Below are positions 1 through 8,874 of a DNA stretch of 64,000 nt, in pieces. The stretch covers positions 15,716-79,715 of the forward strand of contig NZ_JAKFED010000183.1 in the NCBI RefSeq assembly GCF_036675845.1, written 5' to 3'. Below the pieces are notes generated by a model. The model was not told the origin of the DNA. It did no database searches and was given only the letters and a program-made list of their open reading frames with translations. A program made the translations under genes and the position numbers. The stretch's first letter is position 1. The number at the start of each line of letters is the position of its first letter. Origin of the DNA: Bosea sp. (in: a-proteobacteria). Lineage in GTDB: Bacteria > Pseudomonadota > Alphaproteobacteria > Rhizobiales > Beijerinckiaceae.

Positions 1-944
1 TCGGACAGGCTCGCCTTGAAGGTCCCCAGCAGGTCGAAGACACCGATCACCAGGACCAGGCTGGTGTCCTTGAAGATCATGATGAAGGTGTTGACCTGAG
101 CCGGAATGACGGCCTTCAGCGCCTGCGGAAGAATGACGAGACGCAACGCCTGCCAGCGCGTCAGAGCAAGCGACGAAGCGCCCTCCGACTGCCCCCTGGG
201 CACGGACTGCAAGCCCGCGCGAAAGATCTCTGCGAGATAGGCCGAGCCGAAGATCGTGAAGCCGACCTGCGCGCGGACGAGCACTTCGAGTTCGACTCCT
301 TCGGGGAGGAAGAGCGGGACCATGATCGAGGCCAGGAACAGGATCGAGATCAGCGGCACGCCGCGGATGAGCTCGATCCAGGCGATCGAGAGCAGGCGGA
401 CGACCCGCATCTGCGACAGGCGGCCGAGTGCGAGGATCAGCCCGAGCGGATAGGCGGTCGCGAGCGCGACGACGGCGATCCAGACCGTGACCACGAGGCC
501 GCTCCAGGTCCGCAGCGGCGCCGGCGTCAGGCCGAATGCGCCGCCTTGCAGGAAGAGCGCGGTGAAGACGAGCACTGCCACCCAGGCCAGCAGCAGGCTG
601 CGTCCCCAGAAGGCGCGGTAGAGGCTGGCGCCGATCATCGCGGTGATCAGGCAGAGCACGAGCCCCACACGCCAATGCGCGGCCTCGGGCACGAAGCCGA
701 AGATGAAGAAGTCGAGCTTGTCGGCGATGAAGGCCCAGCAGGCGCCCGAGGCCGCCCGGCAGGCCGCGGCGTCGCCCCGGAAGACGGCTTCGGCCCAGCC
801 CCAGGCATAGAGCTTCGCCGCCAGCCAGAGGGTGAAGGCGGTGCAGACCGCGGTGATCGCGATGTTCGCCCAGCTCGAGAAGAGAGGCTTCAGCCCTTCG
901 GGCAACCAGCCCGAAGTCGGGCGCGATAGCGTCGCGGTCTCCAT
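1..944 (-). CDS. Polar amino-acid ABC transporter permease, AapM/BztC-like (3' end runs off the window)
   Basis: Not in the ORF track. Manual translation from ATG at 944 gives METATLSRPT...GACWAFIADKLDFFIFGFVPEAAHWR, typical of AapM/YhdY, with an EAA motif (GQSEGASALAL) downstream. It starts 1 nt after the stop of the upstream permease. Confidence 0.9.
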   Translation of the reverse strand, partial: METATLSRPTSGWLPEGLKPLFSSWANIAITAVCTAFTLWLAAKLYAWGWAEAVFRGDAAACRAASGACWAFIADKLDFFIFGFVPEAAHWRVGLVLCLITAMIGASLYRAFWGRSLLLAWVAVLVFTALFLQGGAFGLTPAPLRTWSGLVVTVWIAVVALATAYPLGLILALGRLSQMRVVRLLSIAWIELIRGVPLISILFLASIMVPLFLPEGVELEVLVRAQVGFTIFGSAYLAEIFRAGLQSVPRGQSEGASSLALTRWQALRLVILPQALKAVIPAQVNTFIMIFKDTSLVLVIGVFDLLGTFKASLS

Positions 945-945
945 C

Positions 946-2127
946 TCAGCCCTCCTTCGCCAGGAAGGCCGCGTTCAGGCGGTTCATCAGTGCGGAGATC
1001 AGCAGGTTCACCGCCAGATAGCTGCCCATGAAGATGAAGATCACTTCGAGCGCCTGGCCGGTCTGATTGATCACCGTGTTGGAGATGTTGATCAGGTCCG
1101 GGAAGCCGATCGCGACCGCGAGCGACGAGTTCTTGGTCAGGTTGATATATTGGCTGGCGAGCGGAGGAATGATCGTGCGCATGGCCTGGGGCAGGATCAC
1201 CAGCCGCATGATGCTCCCTGCGGGCAGTCCGAGCGAGCGTGCTGCCTCCCATTGCCCCTTCGAGACGCTCTGGATGCCGCCGCGGACGATCTCGGTGACG
1301 AAGGCGGTGGTGTAGAAGACGAGGCCGAACAGCAGCGCGACGAATTCGGGGCTGAACTCCTGGCCGCCGACGAAATTGAAGCCCTGCAGTTCCGGCATAT
1401 CGACGGCGATCGGGTTGGTCGCCAGATGTGCGCCGGCCAGCGGCGCCAGCACCAGGACGGCCAGCCCCCATGGCATGATGCGCGGTCGTTGGCCGGTGCG
1501 CTCCTGGAGGCGGCGAGCCCATGCGCGCAGCACGAGCCAGACGATGCCTGCGAAGAAGAAGCCCAACGCCGCGAAGAGCAGGCCGTCATTGGCAACGAAT
1601 GAGGGCAGTCTCAGGCCGCGGTTCGAGAGGAATACACCGGGAAGAGGCGAGGTCGCCTGGCGCGGACCGTTGAGGCGGGTGCAGAGCGAGTACCAGAAGA
1701 AGAGCTGCAGAAGCAGCGGGACATTCCGGCCGATCTCGACATAGACGCCGACGAGCCGCGACAGGAACGGGTTGGGTGAGAGCCGCAGGATGCCGAACAG
1801 AACGCCGAAGACGGTCGTCAGCAGGCAGCCGGAAATCGCGATCACGACCGTGTTGGAAAGCCCGGCCAGAAGCGCTCGGGCGTAGGTATCGGCCGGCGAG
1901 TAGGAAATGACGCTCTCGCCAATGGCGAAGTTGGCCGTCTTGCTGAGGAAGGCGAAGCCGACCTCCAGGCCGCGCCGGGCGATGTTGCCCGACGCGTTCC
2001 ACCAGAGGATGAAGACGATCGCGGCGACGCAGGCCACCAGCACCGCCTGAAAGGCCACTTTCCGGACGCCGATATCGTTCCACAGACTGGCGAGATCGCG
2101 CGATCTGGCTGGAGCGACGGGTGTCAT
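946..2127 (-). CDS. Polar amino-acid ABC transporter permease, AapQ/BztB-like
   Basis: 393 aa multi-TM protein with RNVPLLLQLFFWY and the EAA loop GQWEAARSLGL, plus YINLTKNSSLAVAIG. Confidence 0.92.
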   Translation of the reverse strand: MTPVAPARSRDLASLWNDIGVRKVAFQAVLVACVAAIVFILWWNASGNIARRGLEVGFAFLSKTANFAIGESVISYSPADTYARALLAGLSNTVVIAISGCLLTTVFGVLFGILRLSPNPFLSRLVGVYVEIGRNVPLLLQLFFWYSLCTRLNGPRQATSPLPGVFLSNRGLRLPSFVANDGLLFAALGFFFAGIVWLVLRAWARRLQERTGQRPRIMPWGLAVLVLAPLAGAHLATNPIAVDMPELQGFNFVGGQEFSPEFVALLFGLVFYTTAFVTEIVRGGIQSVSKGQWEAARSLGLPAGSIMRLVILPQAMRTIIPPLASQYINLTKNSSLAVAIGFPDLINISNTVINQTGQALEVIFIFMGSYLAVNLLISALMNRLNAAFLAKEG

Positions 2128-2155
2128 GGCGGTGGCCCCGGTTCAGCCGTCGGGC

Positions 2156-3175
2156 TCAGCGGGACGGCGGCGTATAGAGGGCACCACCTTGCGTATAGAG
2201 CCGGTTTACCCCGCGCGGGATGGCGAGCGGGGTCTTCTCGCCGAGATATTTTTCATAGAGTTCGCCATAGTTCCCGATCTTCTTGACGATGTTGTAGGCG
2301 TATTTCTCATCCACGCCGAGGGCACCGCCGAGACCGGGCTCGACACCGAGGAACCGTCGGATTTCGGGGTCCGAGCTCTTCGCCATCTCGTCGACATTGG
2401 CCTGGGTGATGCCGAGCTCCTCGGCATTGACCAATGTGTTGAAGCTCCAGGCAACGATGTCGCGGAACTCCTCGTCGCCATGCCGGACGGCGATCCCGAG
2501 CGGCTCCTTGGAGAGCCGCTCGGGCAGGATGACGTGGTCGGCCGGATTGGCCAGCGTCGAGCGCTGCGCAGCGAGCGTGGTCGCGTCCGATGTCAGCGCA
2601 TCGCAGCGCCCGTCCGCATAGGCGCGGGTCAGTTCATCCCGCGACTGGATGACGACGGGCGTGAACTTCATGTTGTGCTTGCGAAAATAGTCGGTGAGCG
2701 CGAGCTCGGTCGTCGTGCCCGGCTGAACGCAGACGGTCGCGCCGTTGAGCTCCTTGCCGGATTTCACATTGAGCTTCCTGGGCACGAGGATGCCCTGGCC
2801 ATCCATGAAGCTGAGGGCCGGGAAGTTGAATTTGAGCTGCGTGTCGCGCGTCAGAACAAAAGTCGTGTTGTTGGTGAGCACGTCGACCTCGCCGGACTGA
2901 AGCGCCGGAAAGCGGGTCTGGGTGGTGAGGGCCGAAATCTCGATCTTTTCCGGATCGCCGAAGATCGTCGTCGCGATCGCGCGGCAGAGATCGACGTTGA
3001 AGCCCACCCATTTGCCGCCGGAGCCGGGCACGCCGAAGCCGGGGTTCGACGGGCCCTGCACCGCGCATTTCAGCGCGCCACGGGACTTGATGGCGTCCAG
3101 GGTCGAGCCGGCATGGGCCGGGGCGATCAAGGTCAGAGATGCGGCTCCGAACAAGGCGACTGTCAGGCATTTCAT
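2156..3175 (-). CDS. Amino-acid ABC transporter substrate-binding protein, AapJ/BztA-like
   Basis: Signal peptide MKCLTVALFGAASLTLIAPAHA; motifs RFPALQSGEVDVL and SKEPLG. Start moved to ATG 3175, which has a GAAGGAGAG RBS. Confidence 0.93.
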   Translation of the reverse strand: MKCLTVALFGAASLTLIAPAHAGSTLDAIKSRGALKCAVQGPSNPGFGVPGSGGKWVGFNVDLCRAIATTIFGDPEKIEISALTTQTRFPALQSGEVDVLTNNTTFVLTRDTQLKFNFPALSFMDGQGILVPRKLNVKSGKELNGATVCVQPGTTTELALTDYFRKHNMKFTPVVIQSRDELTRAYADGRCDALTSDATTLAAQRSTLANPADHVILPERLSKEPLGIAVRHGDEEFRDIVAWSFNTLVNAEELGITQANVDEMAKSSDPEIRRFLGVEPGLGGALGVDEKYAYNIVKKIGNYGELYEKYLGEKTPLAIPRGVNRLYTQGGALYTPPSR

Positions 3176-3215
3176 GATGCTCTCTCCTTCAAGCATGCGT
3201 CGGGGCAGGCAGTAG

Positions 3216-3884
3216 TCAGCGATCCAGGCGGCGGCTCCCGCGCCTCGCGGCCGCGACAAGGGATTTCTGGGTCTGGCCGATGTGCTCCTCGAGCAGGCCG
3301 ACGGCCCGGTCGAGCTGACCGGTGCGGCAGAGGGCGACCAGTTCGCGATGCTCCTGCATCGGCCGTTCCTTGCCGGCGGCGAGCGAGACCTGGGCTCGGG
3401 AGAAGCGCCCGATATGTCCCCAGGTCGACCGGATCATCGAAAGCAGGCGCGGACGCCGGCAGGGGTCGTAGAGCGCGAAATGGAAAAGCTCGTTGTGGTC
3501 GCTCCATGTCACCGGCGTGGTGGCGCCGTCGTAGGAACGCAGGATTTCATCGAGGTGCTCGAAATCCTCGATCGCCATATTCGGGATCGCGAGCTTGAGG
3601 GCCCGGCATTCCAGCCCGATCCGGATGTCGAGGAGTTCCTGAACCTCGTCCAGCGAGAGGCGTGTGACGACGGCCCCCTTGTTGGCGACGAGGGTCACGA
3701 GCCCTTCAGCTTCCAGTTGCCGCAAGGCTTCCCTCACCGGGATGCGGCTCGTGCCGAAGCGCGCTGCCAGCTCGTCCTGGCGCAGTTGCTCGCCAGCCTC
3801 GAAAGTCCCGTCGAAGATGGCCTGCCGCAGGCCATCCCGGACCATCTCTGGCGCTGAAAGCTTGTCGGAGCCGGTCATCGTCAT
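3216..3884 (-). CDS. GntR/FCD family transcriptional regulator
   Basis: N-terminal HTH LRQDELAARFGTSRIPVREALRQLEAEGLV and a C-terminal FCD domain; GGAGG RBS before ATG 3884. Confidence 0.92.
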   Translation of the reverse strand: MTMTGSDKLSAPEMVRDGLRQAIFDGTFEAGEQLRQDELAARFGTSRIPVREALRQLEAEGLVTLVANKGAVVTRLSLDEVQELLDIRIGLECRALKLAIPNMAIEDFEHLDEILRSYDGATTPVTWSDHNELFHFALYDPCRRPRLLSMIRSTWGHIGRFSRAQVSLAAGKERPMQEHRELVALCRTGQLDRAVGLLEEHIGQTQKSLVAAARRGSRRLDR

Positions 3885-3918
3885 CCCTGACCTCCCAATC
3901 GGTTCGTCATCTGACAGC

Positions 3919-5298
3919 TCACAAGACGCCACGGCTCGACAGCGCGGCGAGCTCGGACATCAGGGCCGCATCGTCGTATCGGGCGAGGCTCAGAGGCCGG
4001 GCATAGGAGGGAAGTTCGCCGCCTGCGACCCAGGCTGCACAGACGGAGCCGGTCGAACAGGCGGCCATGGTACCGAAGCCGGACAGGGCTCCCGCCATGA
4101 AGGCGCCCGACGTCCTCATCGGGCCGATCAGCGGCCAGTTCTCGGCGGTCATCGCATAGTAGCCACCGTAATGGTGCGCGCCGCGAGGCAGGCGGCCGAT
4201 ATAGGCCTTGAGCTCCGGATGGAGGCGGCTCGCCGCGCGGATGACCGAATCCGGGAACTGAGGGTCGGCCGGATCCTCTTCGTGCGGATCGGTCGGGCGC
4301 TCGTTATAGGCCCAGCCCAGCTTGATCCACTTGCCGTCCTCGGCCCCGTCGGGCCGGCAATGGATCCCACCGGGCATCGGCTGCAGCAGCTTCGCGGCCT
4401 CCGGCTCCCCGGCCAGGATTTCCCGCTCCTCCTCGGACCAGGCGATTGTCTGGCCGTCGAGATCGATCGTGAACGGCATGTTGCGCGGGATCGCCTGTTC
4501 GCGATCCTCGAAGGCGATCTTCTGCTGGAAGACACAGGTGACCGGCAGGCTCTCGCCTAGCATCGCCGCGACATCCGCGAAGAACGGTCCGGCCGCGTTC
4601 ACCACCTTGCCCGCGCGCAGGACGAAGCTCCCGTCCGCGGTTCTGATGTCGAGAGCAAAAGGCGCCGTTCCTTCAATCGCTGCAACTTCGCCGCGGATCA
4701 GCCGCCCGCCGGCCTCGCGGATCGTCTCAAGCATGTATTGGCCGAGCTGCTGGCCGCTGATCGATCCGGCGCGGCGGATGTGAAGGACCGTGCGGATATC
4801 CTTCGCCCAGCCCGGGAAGGCCGCCTGGATCAGCTCCGGGTCGCAAAGCACATCGACGCCCTGCGGAGCCCCGTCCCACTCGGCCGAAGCCGGTGGGCTG
4901 TAGGCGCCGGCAGAGCCCTTCTCGTGAATCCGGATGGGCTGGTCGGGGCTTGCCGCATAGCCGCGATGGAGATCGTCGATCAGGTCGGCGGGGAGCGACC
5001 GGCGGGTCACCAGCGCATAGCCGCGCCGCGTCATGTTGATGCGCTCGCCGCTCTCGCGTGCAATCGCTTCCAGCAGGTCGATGCTGTGGTCCGTATAGGC
5101 CGTCATGACTGGATGCGGCCACCAATTGCGGTAGTTTTCGCCGGATTGGGCCGAGGTCAGGCTCATCGGATCGCGAGGGTCGATCAGGGTGACGTTGCCT
5201 ATCCCGTGCTGCTTCACGAGGTAATAGGCGCAGGCGATGCCGATGATGCCGGCGCCGACCACCGCCACTTCAGCCGAGCGTTCCGATAGGTTGGCCAC
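3919..5298 (-). CDS. FAD-dependent oxidoreductase (DAO/sarcosine oxidase beta-like)
   Basis: VAVVGAGIIG Rossmann motif, VVNAAGP, and C-terminal GALSGFGTM. Confidence 0.85.
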   Translation of the reverse strand: MANLSERSAEVAVVGAGIIGIACAYYLVKQHGIGNVTLIDPRDPMSLTSAQSGENYRNWWPHPVMTAYTDHSIDLLEAIARESGERINMTRRGYALVTRRSLPADLIDDLHRGYAASPDQPIRIHEKGSAGAYSPPASAEWDGAPQGVDVLCDPELIQAAFPGWAKDIRTVLHIRRAGSISGQQLGQYMLETIREAGGRLIRGEVAAIEGTAPFALDIRTADGSFVLRAGKVVNAAGPFFADVAAMLGESLPVTCVFQQKIAFEDREQAIPRNMPFTIDLDGQTIAWSEEEREILAGEPEAAKLLQPMPGGIHCRPDGAEDGKWIKLGWAYNERPTDPHEEDPADPQFPDSVIRAASRLHPELKAYIGRLPRGAHHYGGYYAMTAENWPLIGPMRTSGAFMAGALSGFGTMAACSTGSVCAAWVAGGELPSYARPLSLARYDDAALMSELAALSSRGVL

Positions 5299-5349
5299 CT
5301 CAGGCTCCTCGATTCAGGCTTGTTGAACGCATGAACCGACAGGCCACGC

Positions 5350-6513
5350 TCACAGGATTCCCCGTTCCCGATAGGGTTCGTTGTTCGCGACCCGCGCCCA
5401 GCCGAGTCGCGACAGGTCGATCGTCTGATACGCGCCGTCCATGATCAGCTCGCAGACGGCACGTCCGACACCGGGCGCATGCATGAGGCCATGCCCCGAG
5501 AAGCCGGCTGCCAGAATGAAGTTGTCGCAGCCGCCAGCCCAAGGCCCGACGATGCCGTTGCCGTCGAGCTCGTTCTGGTCGTAGAGCCCTGGCATCACGT
5601 TCTTCTCGCGCGTCCGCTCGAAGCCGGGGAAGCGATGGGCGAGAGCAGGCCAGACCACGCGCTCGAAATAGCCATGGTCGACCTCGAAGTTGAAGCCGCG
5701 CGGCTCGTCGCCGTCGGGGACGCCGCCGGTGAAGCCCTTGCCCTCCGGGCGGAAGGCGAGCCGGTTCATATCCTTGACGTAGGGCAGCGGCTCGAAGCTG
5801 TACTCGGATTCGAAGTAGTGCTCGAAGCGCCGCATCGGCGCGATCGGCGCCATCATCCCGATCATCCGGCATACCTCGCCAGCCCAGGCGCCGGCGGCGT
5901 TCACCACCCAGCCGGCCGCGATCCGCGTGCCGCTTGCGAGTTCGACGGAACGGATGCGGCCGTCGCCGTGCAGGCCGACGACGCGGTCGGTGAGGAAGGA
6001 CGCGCCGAGCTGCCTGGCCTTGCGGCGGAACCCCTGCAGCACGCTGTTCGGATCGAGCCAGCCATCCTCGACCGAATGGGCCGCCAAAGCGAGATCGTCC
6101 ACCCGCATCGAGGGAAAGCGGCCCTTGATCTCCGCCGGGGTCAGGACATCGAGCCGGACGCCCAGCTGGCCCTGAACCTTGGCATTGCTTTCGAGGACGT
6201 TCGCTCCGCTCTCGCCGACGATGAAGAGATAGCCGCCGCGATGGTAGCCGATCTCGGCCCGCTCCCCGTCGACGGCCATGTCGTCGGCGAAGCGCTCGAA
6301 GAACGGGATGCTGAAATTCGAGAGCGCGATGTTCTCCGGCATCGAGAACAAGCGCCTGACTCCGCCCGACGCCCGCGGGGTCGAGGCCTTCGCATAGGTC
6401 GGGTCCGGCTCGACGACCGCAACGCTCGGCGGGTTCGGACGGCTGCGCAGGAAATAGGCGACGCTCGCGCCGATCGCGCCTCCTCCGACGATGACGACAT
6501 CGCTGCGTTGCAT
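5350..6513 (-). CDS. FAD-dependent oxidoreductase (DAO family, FOXRED1/sarcosine oxidase beta-like)
   Basis: DVVIVGGGAIG, STPRASGGVRRLFS, VVNAAGAWA and AAGFSGHGLMHAPGVG; start moved to ATG 6513. Confidence 0.9.
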   Translation of the reverse strand: MQRSDVVIVGGGAIGASVAYFLRSRPNPPSVAVVEPDPTYAKASTPRASGGVRRLFSMPENIALSNFSIPFFERFADDMAVDGERAEIGYHRGGYLFIVGESGANVLESNAKVQGQLGVRLDVLTPAEIKGRFPSMRVDDLALAAHSVEDGWLDPNSVLQGFRRKARQLGASFLTDRVVGLHGDGRIRSVELASGTRIAAGWVVNAAGAWAGEVCRMIGMMAPIAPMRRFEHYFESEYSFEPLPYVKDMNRLAFRPEGKGFTGGVPDGDEPRGFNFEVDHGYFERVVWPALAHRFPGFERTREKNVMPGLYDQNELDGNGIVGPWAGGCDNFILAAGFSGHGLMHAPGVGRAVCELIMDGAYQTIDLSRLGWARVANNEPYRERGIL

Positions 6514-6554
6514 CCGCAATCCCCTCTCGGAGACGCGGATAACATGTGGCCAAA

Positions 6555-6565
6555 ATTTATACAAT
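6555..6565. promoter_or_regulatory. Possible GntR-type operator in the AT-rich promoter of the oxidoreductase operon
   Basis: ATTTATACAAT resembles the TTGTATACAA-type GntR/FadR palindrome with mismatches; it lies about 45 nt upstream of the first gene. Confidence 0.3.
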
Positions 6566-6854
6566 CCTGATTTATGGTATCCGCGGACTGCACCCAGCCG
6601 TGCCCAGCGTCTGCCGGATCAGCTTCGCGATCCTGTGGTTCCGGGATGTCGAGATCGGGATCGCGTTCATGGAGCAGGTGGCGTCAACCTGCTGACAGCC
6701 GGGCAGCGGCCAATCGCCGAGAACTTGCCGGCAGGGGTGGTCACACCGGCCGGGAGCGCTTCGACGCCGGTCGCTGGATCACCCTGTCGACCGGGGCGCC
6801 CTTGCTGGCGAATGCCCTGGCCTGTTTCGAGGGCGGCCGCCTCCCGATGCCGAG

Positions 6855-6960
6855 CTAGAGAATCGGACCGAAAAGTGGAATGCACTTTTCGGCAAGATCC
6901 GATGCTGAGACAAAGAGATAGATCGCCACTCCGCGTCCGAAAGGACGCGCGGCGATCTAA
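6855..6960. repeat. CTAG-bounded two-hairpin intergenic repeat (RIME-like), family A copy 1
   Basis: ctagagaatcggaccgaaaagtggaatgcacttttcggcaagatccgatgct...tagatcgcc..gcgtccgaaaggacgcgcggcgatcta closely matches the reverse complement of 29238-29344. Confidence 0.85.
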
Positions 6961-7718
6961 CGAATCAGGTCGCCGATGGCGTTTGTTTTCCAGGGGGCAG
7001 GCAGCTCGCTTTGGGCGCAATAGCGCGCACTGTAGCGAAAGCCGTCTGGGCCGATCCTGCGGTAGCTACGCGGGCTTCGAATTTCGTAGACGACCGTTCG
7101 CTTGCCGTCTTCGCGGCAGTTCTCGACCACCCGGTAGCGCGCCGAGCCTATCCTTTCGATCGCATCGAATTCACATAGCTCCCGCGCCGCGCCCATGGCA
7201 TTGCGCCGCAGAAGGTTGAGCGTGGCGTTCGAGGCGAGAGCGCAGGGCGTGTCGTCAGAAACGTAGTAGCCGCGCAGCAGCGGGAGCCCGGGCGCCGTCG
7301 CAGCCGGAGAAGCACTGGCGCCTGCGGATGGACCCGCTCCGCGCGAATCTTGCGCCACGCATCGCTGGAACCGTTTCGGGTCGAACGCTATTCCCCGCTG
7401 GCCGACAAAGGTCAGCACATTTCCGCCGACATGGATCGACAGCGAGACCCGGCTCTTGCCCCCCTCGCCCTGACAGCTTGCGTCAAGCTCGAAGACCTCG
7501 CCGCGCTGGCGCACGCGCCGAACGCTGCAGACCGTCTCGAAGGTGGAGAGATCGAGCGCGGAACGACTGAGCACAATTTCCGTCTTGTCCGGGCCGCAGT
7601 CCGGCGCTCCCCAGCGGCCAACCCAGGGATCCGACTGCGCCAAGGCGTCAAATGGCACAAACAGCGCCAATGGGGCGAAGGCGCGGATGCAGATCTTCAG
7701 GGGCAATGCGCGACGCAT
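6957..7718 (-). CDS. Hypothetical secreted protein with two Cys-containing domains
   Basis: 253 aa; signal peptide ending ALA-Q; two similar-sized Cys-patterned domains separated by an Ala/Pro/Ser linker. Confidence 0.65.
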   Translation of the reverse strand: MRRALPLKICIRAFAPLALFVPFDALAQSDPWVGRWGAPDCGPDKTEIVLSRSALDLSTFETVCSVRRVRQRGEVFELDASCQGEGGKSRVSLSIHVGGNVLTFVGQRGIAFDPKRFQRCVAQDSRGAGPSAGASASPAATAPGLPLLRGYYVSDDTPCALASNATLNLLRRNAMGAARELCEFDAIERIGSARYRVVENCREDGKRTVVYEIRSPRSYRRIGPDGFRYSARYCAQSELPAPWKTNAIGDLIR

Positions 7719-7872
7719 GATCGTCCCACCACGCAGATATGACGCAAGGTAACATAGCTCAGCTCTGGGCCGACCGCGAATCCGTCATGCAACGCGGTTG
7801 AGACCTTCACTGCGAAGGTCATGGGCTTCCAGCCTCGCGCTGTTTCAGCCACTCCCCCGTCGCCAACGCAGG

Positions 7873-8874
7873 TCAGGCGTGACCGTAGTCATCCTCGCTG
7901 GACGTCTCCTTCTTGTCGAACGCGGAGAGCCAGGCAGGGAGGTTCATGAGGCGCTGGGGGGCGGCAGCCATCTGTCGAAGGGTCACGCGCATCGAATGGC
8001 GCTCGAAACGACTGGCAGGCTCCGGAATGCGCTCGGGACGCTCCTGAGCCTCTATCGCCGCGACGAGGCTTTGCTTCAATGCGACGAGAGACCGATCGCC
8101 AAAGCTCGCCAGCAAGCTCTGAAAATGGGCATGCGCCTTCGCGTCCCACGCCCTTGGCCTTCCCATCGCATCCTTGACCGGATGAGCGGGCACGAAATGC
8201 GCGCAAGGCACGAAATCATCCGGCACCGGTTCCGTCGCGGCGTGGGTGCGGCCCGCAGCCAGCAGCTTCGGCAGGACATGGGTATGCGGGCCTTCGGGGC
8301 TGCGGCCGTCCGCGGGCGGAATCGGCTGGTAGACCTCGCAGCGCCCCGGGCGGGCGATGAAGACGCGGTGCGGCCCCGCGGCGACGATGGCTCCCATCGC
8401 CGGATTGCCCGGTTCCAGCAGGGGGCGCCCGACGAACGAGCGCAAGGTCGCGATCAGGCCTGGATCGGCGGTGCGGATGCAGACATCGACCTGCAGGGTG
8501 CCGAGCCCCATGTCGAACAGGAGGCCGTCGCGATCCTCGGCGCGCAGCGCAGCCCTGTCCCGGCCGAGCTCGGTCAGGACGGTCCGCCGGTTCATGGCGC
8601 AGGATTCGGCCGGCAGGCAGAGCGCGACGCGATGGCTCCAGCCCGCACCGACGACGCTCTCCGAGGCGAAGGGGCGCAGCTGCGCGAGGTCACCGAAGCC
8701 GATCCCGCCGCGCGCCGTCACGGCCGCGAGCCGCCCGGGCTCGTCGATCGGGGTCGCAGGCTCATCGGGATCGCGCATGAACTCGGCAATGGCGCCGAAG
8801 GTACCGAGATTCCACTGCGTCGTCTCGATGAGAAGCTGGGTGCGGATGAGCTCGCGGATGTCCGGTGCGGTCAT
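7873..8874 (-). CDS. Conserved uncharacterised protein (DUF6925-like, from memory), last gene of the B12-riboswitch operon
   Basis: Real start ATG 8874 overlaps the upstream stop (ATGA); motifs WNLGTFGAIAEF and SPEGPHTHVLPKLL. Confidence 0.75.
   Translation of the reverse strand: MTAPDIRELIRTQLLIETTQWNLGTFGAIAEFMRDPDEPATPIDEPGRLAAVTARGGIGFGDLAQLRPFASESVVGAGWSHRVALCLPAESCAMNRRTVLTELGRDRAALRAEDRDGLLFDMGLGTLQVDVCIRTADPGLIATLRSFVGRPLLEPGNPAMGAIVAAGPHRVFIARPGRCEVYQPIPPADGRSPEGPHTHVLPKLLAAGRTHAATEPVPDDFVPCAHFVPAHPVKDAMGRPRAWDAKAHAHFQSLLASFGDRSLVALKQSLVAAIEAQERPERIPEPASRFERHSMRVTLRQMAAAPQRLMNLPAWLSAFDKKETSSEDDYGHA

Noticed and set aside
6600-6858. Possible gene remnant (GAGGVNLLTAGQRPIAENLPAG.. / ..RWITLSTGAPLLANALACFEGG)
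   Set aside because: It looks protein-like across a frame change, but there is no start or RBS and no family I can name; it needs a tBLASTn search.
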